Source of the DNA: Paragordius varius
Lineage: Eukaryota > Animalia > Nematomorpha
DNA: 64,000 nt
Direction of reading: 5' to 3'
Assembly (NCBI GenBank): GCA_964247055.1
Contig: OZ176050.1
Coordinates: 13,516,001-13,580,000 of the forward strand
This document shows, in pieces, positions 50,562 through 64,000 of the stretch. The position numbers were made by a program, and so were the translations under genes. The notes under the pieces are model-generated. The model saw nothing but the letters and a program-made list of their open reading frames with translations, was not told where the DNA came from and ran no database searches. How positions within the stretch are numbered: the first letter of the stretch is position 1; the number at the start of each line of letters is the position of its first letter.

Positions 50562-53500
50562 ATGAAGACAGTTAAATTGACAGATTTAAGGAAATTGAAA
50601 TCTCTATCAATGGATAAAGATGGACCTGAACCAAAACCTTCGCCATCTCAAATCGAGTCACAAATTGTTGAAATGGATAAACAACCTATTCCCGACGTCC
50701 CACCTGGTGGTGCGCGCATAAGAGTATACCAAATTAAAATAAAATTATACAACTTTACCTAATATGTCATAATAATTGGACCTAGCTTTAGTTTTAATAC
50801 CAGAACTTTTTACTAATTCACATAGGCATGATATGGCAAAAATATAATGTCCAGACTTTAGATACGTTTTATCGTTTATTTTTACTATATCAAAATTTTT
50901 TAGGTATCTTATGCGGGTGCCTGTTTTTTCAATGTCGGAGGCGACAATAGTCACAAATTTTCCAGAAATGGACAACAGCAGCAGCAAGGAATGCCAACCT
51001 CATTTTCTGCTGGATCTTTTAGCAGCCAAGCCTCACCCCTTCCCCCAAGTCCGTTTGGTGTTAAGGGCATTCGCGATACTTCACTTTTTTCTGGTTTTAT
51101 AACTTTTTATACCATTTACAGTTCAAATTCACCCTCGAACAATTCAAATTCACCCTTAAACAATTCAAATTCACCCTTGAACAATTTGAAGTCACCCTCG
51201 AACAATTCAAATTTACTCTAAAAATAAATTATGTGTTTTCGAACTAATATAACTCATTACTAATATGAAATTTATCTTTATGGCTTAATTTATTATTTTT
51301 TTCAGTATTATTTTAATTTTAAACAAAATTTTATGTTTTAAAATTAAAAAAAATATATAGGTAATTTTTCATCTTAAAAAACATATAATTTGTTTGAGGG
51401 TGAATTTGAATTGTTCAAGGGTGATTTAAAATGTAAATGGTATATTTTACGTAGTATGTATGTGTCATATTTTTATTGTGTGAGCCAATAGATAGAAAGT
51501 TATATACACTGGTTTGTGGTTTTAGTATTTTTGGATTAAATAAATTTGGTCAAGTTTATCGAAACAAATTTCGATATGTAATTATTTATTTTTTTCAGTT
51601 TTACAAACGAAAATTCATTGATTATCAGATTTGCGATTTGCCATACATAACTTTTTCGATTTTTTATTTTTATTATATAATACAGTTGTTTTTCAACTAA
51701 AGAAGCGCTTTTATGATAAATACTGCGCAAAATATGGATATTAAATAATTGATTCGTTTAACATATCGACATTTAAATTTTTTAGATACTTTTGGTTTTA
51801 TTCGTACTACTTTTTATTTTGGAGTTTAATTTTAAGTTTTAGCCTATTATGTATAATTGTACGCAAAACTGGCTCGATTTAAAGGCGTTTTTAGTTAAAC
51901 AGGTATTGATAGGTCTTTTGGTTTTGAAAAAAAAGCGATTTGTAATAAGTTTTATAAAAATATTAAAGATACTTTTTAGTTAAAAATGCTATATTCAGAG
52001 ATTTACATCACTTATATGTAGTTGATATGACACAACATTTTGTCTGTATAATTATTAATATATTAATCGCCTTGGGCGTTTTTGTTTCGTGGAATTTTGT
52101 TATAAATATTCGTAGAATAAAAATGACATAATTGTTTGACGCACATGTTTTTATAAATACAAAACAATCATTTCAGTCCTTCGATTCAAATTGGGGTAGT
52201 TGGATACCCCAGGCTTGTTTAAAATTAAATTTTTTGGAAAAATATGGAACCATGGCAAAATTTTGCACTTATATAACTTATAAAAAAATTTTTCTTCAAA
52301 AATACTTGTTATTACTTGTTTGAAGCTAAAACCCAAAAAGTAAAAATTTAGTCTACGTGAGATATATGAAATATTAAGATAAAATAATACAAAATAAACC
52401 GTTTTTTCTATTTTCATCAATTTTAGATGTAATTTATATAAAAAATTAGCTTTAATTTTACCCTTAAAATTAAATCAACACGATATTTTGCAAAAATTTT
52501 ATAAATAAAAATGGCGTCAAAGTAGTTTGACATGGAACTTTTTTTCCAAAACATAATTTTATTTAGATATTTGGCCATATTTAAATAATTTTTATTGGGA
52601 TAGACGCATAAATTTAAATTGGGACCGTTACCTTCAGTAGTTTTTTTTAAAAATCGTAACTTAAATTTAGTCTGGGGTATTTAGATCCCCCAATTTAAAT
52701 CGAAGTGTTAAATTATAAATACAGTAGTAAAAAGTATAAATATCACGAAATTTTAATAAATTGACATTATTTGTAATTCCACGATATATTCTATAATCAC
52801 AATCAAAAAAATATAGTTTTAAAAACTACCATCCCTCTTTTTAGCCAGGTCTTTTTTTATAAATATTGTTTTTTTAAAAATTCCAACTTAAATTTGGTCT
52901 GGGGTATTTAGATACCCCAATTTGAATCGAAGTGTTAATCATAAATACAGTAGTACAAAGTTTAAATATCACGAAATTTTAATAAATAATTTGACGATAT
53001 ATTCTGGATTCTAAATCAAAAAACAATAAAATTATAGAAACTACCATCCCTTTTTTTAATCAGTTCTTTTATAAATATTTAGAGTTTTTTGCATTTTTTT
53101 TGAATTTAAAGTTTTGATTTTTAGGTTTTGAAGTTTCTGGCCATATAGACGCACTCAGTGAAACAGCTGATCCTGCTTATGGATTTCACGTGGGAGATCG
53201 TGTTATCATTTACCCTTATCCTGGATTAGTTATTAATGGGTATTTATGACTAATTTTAACCATTTTTTGTTAAAAACAATTTTTACGGAGCCAAATTTTT
53301 ACTAAAATTATATAAATGCAGTTATTAATGGTTTGTGAATAGCTTGTTAAATAGATATTATATATATAATTGATAATCAAATGGGTATATTTTATATTAA
53401 ACTAATTTAATGCAAATATTTTATATAAGACTTATAATGTAATATATTTAAATAAAATGATATTATAATTATTTTGGAAGGTACGAACGTAAGATTTTAT

Positions 53501-56500
53501 CACAAAATCAATTATCATAATTTTAAGCTTATTAGTTTAGTCAATATTTAAAGTCCTTTTATATTGAGTTAATATTTATAATTTAATATTAACAGTCCAT
53601 TACCTTTTGGCGTAGTTTTATATCCCCAGAGCGATTTCAAATGTGAATACTTTAAAAAGTATATATGGTATTAAGCCGAATTTAAAATTATGCTTTCTTT
53701 AGCCTTTTAGGCGCATTAAACAAAAAATTTTTTAAAAATGTAAAATTGTAAAAAAATCCTTATCTCAAACTTTTTGGCCCCCATTTTTTTAAAAATTTTT
53801 TGGAATCGCTAAGAAACAGGCAAATGAATGTATGTTATGTTTAGAAAATGTAAATAATTAACTTATAAAGATTTTATGCTACATTTCACCAGTAAAAACT
53901 TGATATCTTTTTATTTTATTATGAGTTATTAGTGTTAATCGTGTTTTAGAGCTGTACCAATTTTACACTCTTGAATTCACAAAACTGTGGAAATATAAAC
54001 TTTTTTATTTAATAATATATGAGAACAATGTTTGATGAATAAATTTTTACTATATCATACCTTTCAAAACTGTGGTTAATTTACAAAATTGAGCTCTGGG
54101 ATATAAAACTACCCCAAAAGGTAAACTAGGACAAAAAAGTGAAAAGGTAATGAAGTTTTAAACCATCCAACTTATATAAAACAAAATAAATTAATCTAAA
54201 TGGTATAAAATCTTTTCCAAAAAATTGGCAGAATTTCTTCGATCCTCGGTCGTTTTATCGAAATTAAGTGGAATCTTATACTATATTATACATATAATAC
54301 ATTCAATTACAAAAAAATTATATTATACACTTTTTGTTTGATATTTTTTTCTAGATATTCCGAATACATTGCCGTGCATGATGTGAAATATTTGGTGACC
54401 GTACCAGAAAATGTGCCTCTTGACGTGGCCGCCATGTTGCCAGCTGGCGCTTTATCAGCTGAGACGGCAATTAGAAAAGCGCGACCTTTCATCTGTGAAA
54501 TGTTGAAACAAAAAGGTTTTACTTTTTGTTTGTTTCAGGATAAATTTATATAATTAAAACTGTTAAATTTAAATTATAATTTGGTTTAAAATTGTAAGAA
54601 GTTATTTAAAATTTTATATTAACCTCGCTTTTTAAATAAAATCAGGATTTAGCTTGTCTTAAGCGTGTTAAAGAGTATAAATTTCATTTTTTCGATAGTA
54701 AAGTTACTCATTTTCAAACTTTATCGTTCGTATAAGGAAATAAAAGTTTAAGTCTATAAAATATGAAAAATTATATTAACAATGATTTTTTGAATATTAC
54801 TAGTAATCTTTGTCAAACATTAACAAAATTTGATCCAAATTATAAATGAAATTTAATATATAAAACAAATTAGAAGGGAAATTAAAAATATTTATCACTC
54901 ACACTTGTATAATATACCATTTACAGGTAAAATCACCCTTAAAGAATTCAAATTCACCCTTGAACAATTCAAATTCCCCTAAAAATTATGTGTTTTTTAA
55001 GATTAAAAATTACCTTTCATTTTTTTATATTTTAAAAAAATTAAATTTTGTTTAAAATTAAAATAATACTGAAATAAACTATGCCATAAGAATATATTTC
55101 TTACCAATGATGAGTTATAATAGTCGCCCGAAAACACTCACTTTATTTTTAGGGTAAATTTGAATTGTTCAAGGGTAAATGTGAATTGTTCAAGGGTAAA
55201 GTGAATTTGAATTGTTCAAGGGTGAAATTGAATTGTAAATGGTATATATATATATATATATATATATTTTCTTTTTTTTTAGAAAAAATAACCATGATCA
55301 TTGTTGGTTCTGGTGGGCTTGCTTTATGGACTTTAAAATTTGCTAAACACCTGTGTGACAGTTGTCCAGAGTTTGGGGAACAGCATATACGCATTGTTAT
55401 AGCTTGTACTAATGTAATTTTTCTTTTATCTTTTTTCTTTTTTGTAAAATTAAATTATTTAAGTCCTCTAGATTTAGATTTTTAATTAACATTAAGCATT
55501 TGCTACTTTTAATCTCTAACAAATATATTTTATAGTAAGTTCACAATTATCTTGTTGGATAATTTTGAGGTTTTAACTGAAAAAAAGTTTTTTTTTTAAA
55601 CGATAAAATTGCTGATATACCATTTGCACTTTAAGAGTGTCTTTAAACACTTCTGGTTGGTCCTTGAACATTTCAAGTTGGTCCTTTGACATTTTTGTTT
55701 TGTTTTTTAACTTTTATCAATCAAATCATATATAATTCATCTATTTTATTGTTTTTAACCTATTTTCTATTTTTTTAATATAAATTTTAAATCATTATCA
55801 ACTTTCAATCACTGAGAAACCTTATATCTTTATAAATTTTTTAAAAATATTTTGGATACCTATAAGATTTTAAAATGTAGTAAAATGTATTAGTTTTCTG
55901 GATTATTATTTACAATTTTTCATTAAAAACAATTAAAAGTTAAAAATTGTGTTAAATTAAAAAAATAGTTAAAACAAAAAAGTGGTTTTTAAACAAAAAA
56001 TATTATTTTTAAATGAATAAATATATTATAAATAAAGAAAATTAGATTAAAAATAATAAATTAAAAATACATGCATGAATTATGGTTAAATCAAAATCTA
56101 AAAATTTTAGGGACTAACTTGAAGTGTTAAAGGACCAACTTTAACTGTTCAAGGACACTCTTGAAGCGCTAATGGTATAAATTAAATATATATATATATA
56201 TATATATATATGATATGTCATTTAATGTTATGATATGTTTAGGAAGCAGGACTTCTTATTGCTCTTGATGAGGGTTGTCACGATGTTGTACATTGGAATG
56301 AAGGTAATATACACACATTTTACACTTCAAACTTATAACAATTTAAATTCACCCTTAAACAATTCAAATTTACCCTAAAATAAATTACGTGTTTTTTAAG
56401 ATTAAAAATTAGCAATATTTTTTAGAAAAATAATATTTTGTTTAAAATTTGAATAATACTGAAGAAAAAGTAATAAACTAAGTGATAAACATAAATTTTA

Positions 56501-59500
56501 TATTAATAATGAGTTATATTAGCTCAAAAACATATAATTTATTTTTAGGGTGAATTGGAATTGTTCAAGGGTGAATTTGAATTGTAAATTTTATACATAA
56601 GTACAGTAAAAATAATTATACGGACAAAACATAAAAATATAGAAAGATTTTTTCTCAAAAGAGAACCATACCTTTTTAAACTTTAGATTTTCATGCCTAA
56701 ATATTGTGTAATAACATATGAAAAATATATAATTGATTGTGCTACCGATATACATCTCTATTTCATATTGCCATTCGAAACAATGAGTTAGTTATGTCTA
56801 AACAAATCAAGATAAATAAAGTATAATTGTTTTTTGAAAAAAATATTTGGTCCTTATATTTTTAACTTTTTTGTCCATATTAATTCGATTTTCTGTAAAT
56901 GCCTTTTATGTGGCCAACAAAATATTATATATTTTGCCCCAAGGTTTACATCAAAAATTTACTATTAGGAGGGAAATACTAAATATTTTAGTTAATATTT
57001 TTTTTATAATTATTTACATTAAAACTTACTATCATAAAAGTAATTAAACACCACCATTTTTTAATATAAAAATTTATAATTATTACCTTAGATTTCTCTA
57101 ACCCCATGTTTTTATGGATAAATACATAATTTATTATACTGAAATGACATTCAATTCCTGAGTTTTACGTTTTATTAGAAAAGTATTTGATAAAAGCCGT
57201 TTTTTTTAATTTTCAAATATGAAAATTAAAAAAATGGGTCAATAATAAATTATTTTTAATTGTATTTAAATTATAACAATGTTAAATTTAAATCTGATGC
57301 AATATACAGTATGAGTTAGTATAAATTCTAGAAAATTATTTATGCAGCAAAGAGAATTTATCTTAGCTAATAATGTAAAAAGTGAAAAATATTACTTTAA
57401 ACCAATAATATTGCCCTTTGTTGTATATGTTATTTGGCAATAATTAATAACTTTCTAGGAATGTATACTAACTTATACATTATGAGTAAAAACACGTTGA
57501 TTTTATACGAATTATTGACAGATAACATATTAACAAAAAGCATTATTGTTGACTAAATGTTTTATTCTTTGGTTTTTTTGCCATTTATATTTTGTTGTTT
57601 TAACTATAAATTCTATCTGGTTGCATATAGACACAGTTAAAATTAGAAGTATATGGTTGTTTTTTATACGAAATATTTTAGTTTTTTACACATTTTCTCT
57701 TTATACTTTTTACTATTTGTGTTTTAATAATATCCAAAAATTAAAAGCTATGGCTGTTTTTATATTTAAAAATATCAGACTTTAACCTTTTCAATGCGTT
57801 CTGCTTATATAAAATTCCAATTTTTACTGTAAATAAATATTATAATTATATACCATTTACAATTCATATTCACCCTCGAACGATTCAAATTCACCCTTGA
57901 ACAATTCAAATTCACCCTAAAAATAAGTTATGTTTGTGTTTTCGAACTGATATAACTCATTATTAATATGACATATATCTTTATAGCATAGTTTATTATT
58001 TTTTCAGTATTATTTTAGTTTAAAACAAAATTTTATTTTTAAAAAATATATAAAATATAGGTAATTTTTCATCTCAAAAAACACATAATTTATTTGAGGG
58101 TGACTTTGAATTGTTCAAGGGTGAATTTGAATTGGGTATATCAAAATTAAAACTGTATCGTTTGTTTGATGTTTGTCTTTATAAAATTTCAATTTTGTCC
58201 TAGGTGAATTTGAACAAAACCTGTTACAAAGGACACGGAATGTCCTCAGTTCGGTCCAGAATGCGCAAATGGGTTCCCCTGTCGTTCGTGAAAGACGGCG
58301 ATCATCTGCTCTAGATCAGCTGAGAGGATCAGCTGTTTTTTCATCATCAACAGCTGTAACTGTGAATGCCACCACAAATGGGAAAGATGCAACACATCAT
58401 ATGGACACGCTCGATGAAATGGGTTCCGGTGGATTAGTTTTTAAAAGTAGGCATTATAGATTTTGAGTTTTAATTTTGGAAGTTATGAAATAATTTTGTA
58501 AAGTTCAAAACTTTTGACAAAGTTTTAAAAGGGTTTTTTACAAGAGAATTTTGGATGTTTTTTGGAAAAAGTTTTGTAAATTTAAATAATGATGTAGTTT
58601 AACGTATTGATATTAAAATTGTGGCCCACGCGCATGCCGCCCTAAAAGTGCTTTTTAACTGTCTGAAGAATTATTTTGAATATATATGCAAATGTGTCAA
58701 ATAGCTTTTAAAATTTTATCAGTATAATGGCTTTTGAGGTAAGAAAAATATTTTTTTGGTAGCCCTTTAAAAAATTTGGGTATTATTGGCATAATGTATT
58801 TTATGGTTATACATAATACACTTGTTTTGCTTGGTTAAATGTTGAACACTTAAAGGGTTAGTTTTATATTTTTATTTATTATATTAATTACATATGTGGT
58901 AAAAATTGAAATTATACTGACAGGTGAAAATAAAAAGACAATTTTTCCAAAAACAACTTTTAAGCTTACTTTTTTTAAATATAACTATCTAATTTTGACT
59001 GCAAAGTATAAAATAGAGATGTAAATTGGTAACATAATAATTTTATTTTACTATTGTATTTAAATAATGTTTTTTAGATAAATTAAGGTTTGAAAAGTAT
59101 GGATGTCTTTTGAAAAAAAAAGTTTGTCTTTATATTACGTTTTGTCCGTATAACTTTAATTTATAATGTCTATTTTGTCGTTAAATTATGTAATTATATT
59201 TAAATTTTAATAATTTTCCCCATTTAAAATTAGAAATCGAAAATGGACATGATGAAGAACGACAACGGAAAATATCTACTCAATCTATATCAGGTAATTT
59301 TTTTCACAATAATGATTAATTTTTTTTTGAAATATTCACTTTTGATATTTTTCATTCAAAAAATAAGGTGTAAATTATACAAAGTAAATCTATTATTTTA
59401 TATTAAAATCAACTAAAGTTACAGTATGCATTTTAATGGTTGCTTATTTCACACTAGAGTTTGGCAATTTGCAACCACAGTAGTGTATGGAAAAATTGTT

Positions 59501-59569
59501 GTTTTTTCCATACACTGTATTGTAAATCGCCCAACTTTAGTTTGAAATAAGCAACCATTAAAATGCATA

Positions 59570-59623
<54 letters not shown>

Positions 59624-62600
59624 TTTAAAGCCTAAAATAAATTTTGCGTTTTTAAGATTAAAATTACTTATTTTATAGCATTTTTAAAATATCAAATTCT
59701 GGTTAATATTAATATAATGCTGAAAAAATACTAGACTATGTCGTAAAAATATATTTCATATTAATGATGAGGTATATTATCCCAAAAAAACATAATTTAT
59801 TTTTAGGGTGAATTTGAATTATAAATGGTATATATATATAATTTTATAACAGGGGGTATGGGATCCATAAATACGACCGGTGGCGTCTTTCAATATGGAA
59901 GTGCACAACAATCTGGTATATATATATACATATATATATAGAAAATATATAGATTTACGTATAATTTTTTTCGGATAATTATTTTTTTGAGTTGTGCTTA
60001 GTTCAAGGTTTCTTACAACATATGCGGCCCTCAAAAAATTTAAAAATCCATAATTTATAATATATTATATGCTCACAATAACATTGTATAATTCATGTTA
60101 TTAAAGAGCTTTTTCCAAATAAACAGTCAGTCAGTCTGAAAATATATAGTTTAAAATATATATATATATATATATATTTAATGTTAATTAAAGAAATTTA
60201 GAGCTAGTCATCTATACCTTTCAATGAACTAAAAAAAATGTGTTATATCATATATTTGCATTTTGCACCCGTCTTATGTTTGAAATCAAATAAAATATTT
60301 ATCAATACTCATACATATTTTTAAAGTCAAGAATGCGGCCCCTAAAACCATTTATGTTGAATACACCTCTGTAGTTTAGTTTTTTAATAGTTTTTTTAAT
60401 AAAATTAATTTTTTATTTTTATTTTATTTTTTTCAGGTGATGGATATGCAGACGTCATAATAGATTTTGTCAGTTCTCACCGCACTGTACAACGTTGCCT
60501 TAGATGCCTGAGTGATGTATGAAATTTTCAAATTTTAGTATAAATTCTTTTTGGTAATTTTTCTTAAGGATCTGTAAATATAATATTTCTTTGAGTTTTT
60601 TATAGTATAAATATAAATTTGTTAAATTTTAAATGGTAACTTGTGTAAAAATTTTTAAAAGTGCTTAAAAATTCTGGAAAGTAGATACGAAAAGATTGAG
60701 ATTCAAAATAATTCAGGTTGGATTGTAAATCGGTCAAAAAATAAATGCAGAAAAATTGAAATTATACAGAAAAAGCTAAAAAATTAATGAAATAATATTT
60801 TTTGTTAAAGACAATCATACTTAAACTTTGATTTATTTTGATTTAATCAATCGTTATGCATTGCAAATATAATGAAGAAAATATAAATTGATCAGACCCC
60901 TAATTATAATATTTAATCATTAGGTAATATAGAAAAAAGTATGGAGGTTTAAAGAAAAAATACCTTATCTTTAGTCTTTATAATCCCAATATTTATAAGA
61001 AACTGCTAAAAATTTTGAAAAGTTTAGAAGTAATATATGACTTTTTAATGTTGTAAGAATTTTTTTACTGATTAAATAAGTATTAAATCTATTACAAACA
61101 TCATATATCGTTTTACAGTGTTAAAATTTTTATCAAGGATAGAATTTGAATTGGAAATTAAATGATTGATTGATTAATTATGTTTTAATTTCATTATATT
61201 TTATCATAATTGTTTAAAATTTAAAATTTAAAGTTAAAAACTCTTTGCTGCGTTTTTAGAATGGAGTGTTGTTAGTCGGAGGTCTCGTAAGCGGATCAGA
61301 TGTTCGGGTTCCTTTACGCCCTCTTACCTTTCACGGACAAGCCATCGTGGGTGTGGGAAGGGGTCAGCTTTCAGCTCTTAAAGATTTGGTTTTTTTTATT
61401 TTTTTTATTTTAAAAGATATTATTTTTTTATATATACCATTTACAGTTCAAATTCACCCTCGAACAATTCAAATTCACCCTAAAAATAAATTTTTTCGAA
61501 ATAATATAACTTTAATATGATATACATATATATGGAATAATTTATTATTTTTTCAGAATTGTTTTAATATAAAACAAAATTTTTATCTTTTAAAATAAAA
61601 AAAATTGGTAATTTTAATCGTAAAAAACACATTTTATACAAAAGTGAATTTGAATTGTTCGAGGGTGAATTTAAATGTTCAAGGTTAATTTGAATCGGTT
61701 AAGGGTGAATTCAAATTGTAAATGGTATAACTATGAAAATAAAATCATTACGTTTTTTTAGAATTTACTTTATATATATATATATATATATATATTAAGA
61801 ATGCGGAATCGAACTGTTTTTTGGATCGCAAACTATTGATTTTTTAATTGTTTATAAACTTAAAACTTTTTAATATAACGGTTTAGGAATTATTAAGAAC
61901 AGAAACGAACAATTAGTTTTTCTTGGTTCTTTTTTTTAAAAATATTCTCTCTATATTTGACATGGAACCATTAGATTCTCATTAGAATTTTGCCCTATTC
62001 AAAAACTATGTAGATTGTGATATTTTTTTTGGAATTGTTATTACCATTTAAATTGGTTAATAACCTCTTGAACCCAAACTGCGATATCAAAAAATTCTTT
62101 TCTAATATTTTTTTCTTTAATTTTAATATGTCGCGTTACCCCTATAGTTATGGTATTCTAACGAACATTATGATATAAATTAATATAGTGCTATAAACAC
62201 TCAAAACATATATATATATAAAACGGAATTTCTTAAAAGTTACACCAAATTTGTAGATTTAATTAATAAACATGGTAAGAACATTTAAATCAGGCATGCT
62301 AACATAAATGGCTTCACGGGTCGCATTTTTGGGTGAAAAAATCTGATAAACTATAGGTTATTTTAACGATTTTTCCTTGTTCATTGCCAAAATTTGAATA
62401 ATTCATGAAATTGTTTGAAAAAAAATTTATTTTGCCCATTTGTCATATTTTATGTATAATTATCTCGCGGGCACCAGAAATATGTGTCAACTCCCCTTTG
62501 ATTTGAATAAAAAAATCACATATACACTTTAATACGAATAACATTTTTATCGTTACATTACATATAATACATTATATGTTATAGGTTGCTCGAGTTTCTT

Positions 62601-63223
62601 CGGGTGTTATAAAACCTCCACCTTTTACAGTATTTCCCATCGAAAAGGCAGGCGAAGCTGTGCGAAGACTTTCACAAGGTAGTAAATATATAGTAAAAGT
62701 TATTTTTAATTATATTTACAGGAAAGATTTAAAAAAGGCTTGAGAAAATTAAAAGGCCAAATTTTTTTGCATGAAAAAAGCTGTTAAAAACTAGAATTTT
62801 TTTATTTTTTTATTAGTTAACTAATATTTTTAACAAACAATTAGAGGTGGAATCGAATTTTAGCCTTAACCTATATTTCAAAGTTTAATAAATAATTTCT
62901 ATAAATATCCAGGTTTTATGTTTACTTTCTACAAAATGAATAAAATTAAATTTTATTAATTGAGGAGATTTTTTAACGCTTATTTTTGTCAATTTTCCCA
63001 TATTTTTTATTTTTCGCTGCGAAAAATTATGTTTACACAAATCTTTAAATTTTAATTAACCACCCTAAAATGTGAAAATTAATTTTTTATCCATATTATA
63101 GGCGACATTCGTGGTCGCGCAGTTCTGAAATTGACACCCAGTTCCTCAGCCGTTGAAATGCAATCCTGGAGAGCTAATCAAGAAAATCAACAGAATACTC
63201 AAAACTCAACCAAAAATCCTTGA
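50562..63223 (+). CDS. Medium-chain dehydrogenase/reductase (alcohol dehydrogenase-like) protein lacking most zinc ligands
   Basis: Exons 50562-50723, 50904-51093, 53125-53239, 54355-54515, 55283-55413, 56243-56303, 58204-about 58427/58446 (donor ambiguous; both phase 1), 59234-59293, 60437-60516, 61260-61388, 62585-62678 and 63102-63223; the last two end VSSGVIKPPPFTVFPIEKAGEAVRRLSQG|DIRGRAVL. Motifs PGGARIRVSYAGAC, GFEVSG, GDRVIIYP, GYSEY, DVAAMLP, VGSGGL, DVIIDFV. An in-frame TAA just upstream supports ATG 50562 as the start. Confidence 0.88.
52669..53080. repeat. Tandem duplication of about 230 bp, including the right end of a family E element and its flank
   Basis: gtctggggtatttagat.ccccaattt.aatcgaagtgttaa...ataaatacagtagta...tatcacgaaattttaataaa...actaccatccct occurs at about 52669 and 52898. 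Confidence 0.85.
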
Positions 63224-64000
63224 TTTTTTTCGGAATTTACAAATTATAAACTTAATTGACCCGCTTTGTGTTTGCCTTAAACAATTTTTAAACTATTTAA
63301 AAGCGAAAATTTTTTTAACAACTATACGAAAAAAAGATATGTTACTTATTTATATTTATTAGTATAATAATTTTTATTTATTTAATTCAATATATATTTA
63401 TAGTCATATATATATAGTGGTAAAACGCAAAATACTCGCATAGAAAAAAATAGTATATAATACTCAAACTTGTCATAAAGAGAAAAAAACATTTTTAGTA
63501 AATTATGTCATGATAAAATTCTTATAATCTCTATAAACCTATACTCATATTGTATGGTTGCAATATTTACTATATATATATATATTTACACGCAAATATG
63601 TTTTTATTTAGTTTATTTTAAAGGATTATTACCACTTTTTTATAATTAAAATATAGTTAGATTTTTACAAAAATTATTGTATATACATATATCTTAACTT
63701 AGCAAATTGCTGTGTCTCGTTTATATTTATAGCGACGCGCCTATGTATGTAGTATTTAATAACATTATATATAGATATTGTATTGATCACAAAATTACAT
63801 AGTGTTGAAATAAATAAATTATTAGTTTTATTGCTATATATATTTAAATTCTCTTATTTAAATTAATTGGTTTCAGAAAGTGATTGCTCTTTTGATAATT
63901 GTTTTTACAGTAAAAACTTAAATTATATGGACAAAATGTAAAAATATAAAAACAATTATTTTTCAAAAGACAACCCTACTTTTTTAAACCTGATTTTATC

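Noticed and set aside
58204-58216. Exon start GGTGAATTTGAA identical to the MITE A repeat (possible exonised MITE)
   Set aside because: It encodes GEFEQ in an otherwise normal MDR segment and the match is only about 12 nt; probably coincidence.

Overview
This is a very AT-rich, intron-rich eukaryotic (metazoan-like) genomic window; the taxon cannot be determined from sequence alone. I reconstructed exons by hand from GT-AG boundaries and checked that phases agree. Eight protein-coding genes are supported: the 3' end of TDP1 (+), an uncharacterised two-exon gene (+), HADHA (+, 21 exons), SAMD8/SMSr (+, 5 exons), an intronless URM1 (-) head-to-head with MRPS24 (+, 2 exons), UTP18 (-, 11 exons) and a zinc-less MDR/alcohol-dehydrogenase-like gene (+, 11 exons). 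Introns and intergenic DNA are filled with at least five families of palindromic non-autonomous DNA transposons (MITEs), a 2.4-kb hAT element with a perfect 8-bp TSD, and (TA)n microsatellites. The most striking signal concerns splicing. Five GT-AG introns of only 25-28 nt cluster at the 5' ends of HADHA and UTP18 and coexist with kb-scale MITE-filled introns; four are required to restore the reading frame and the 26-nt HADHA one depends on an uncertain first exon. The 5' splice-site consensus is also highly degenerate (+5G in only 11 of 47 donors, +3T in 14 of 47). Protein identities are recognised from memory of conserved motifs, not from database searches.
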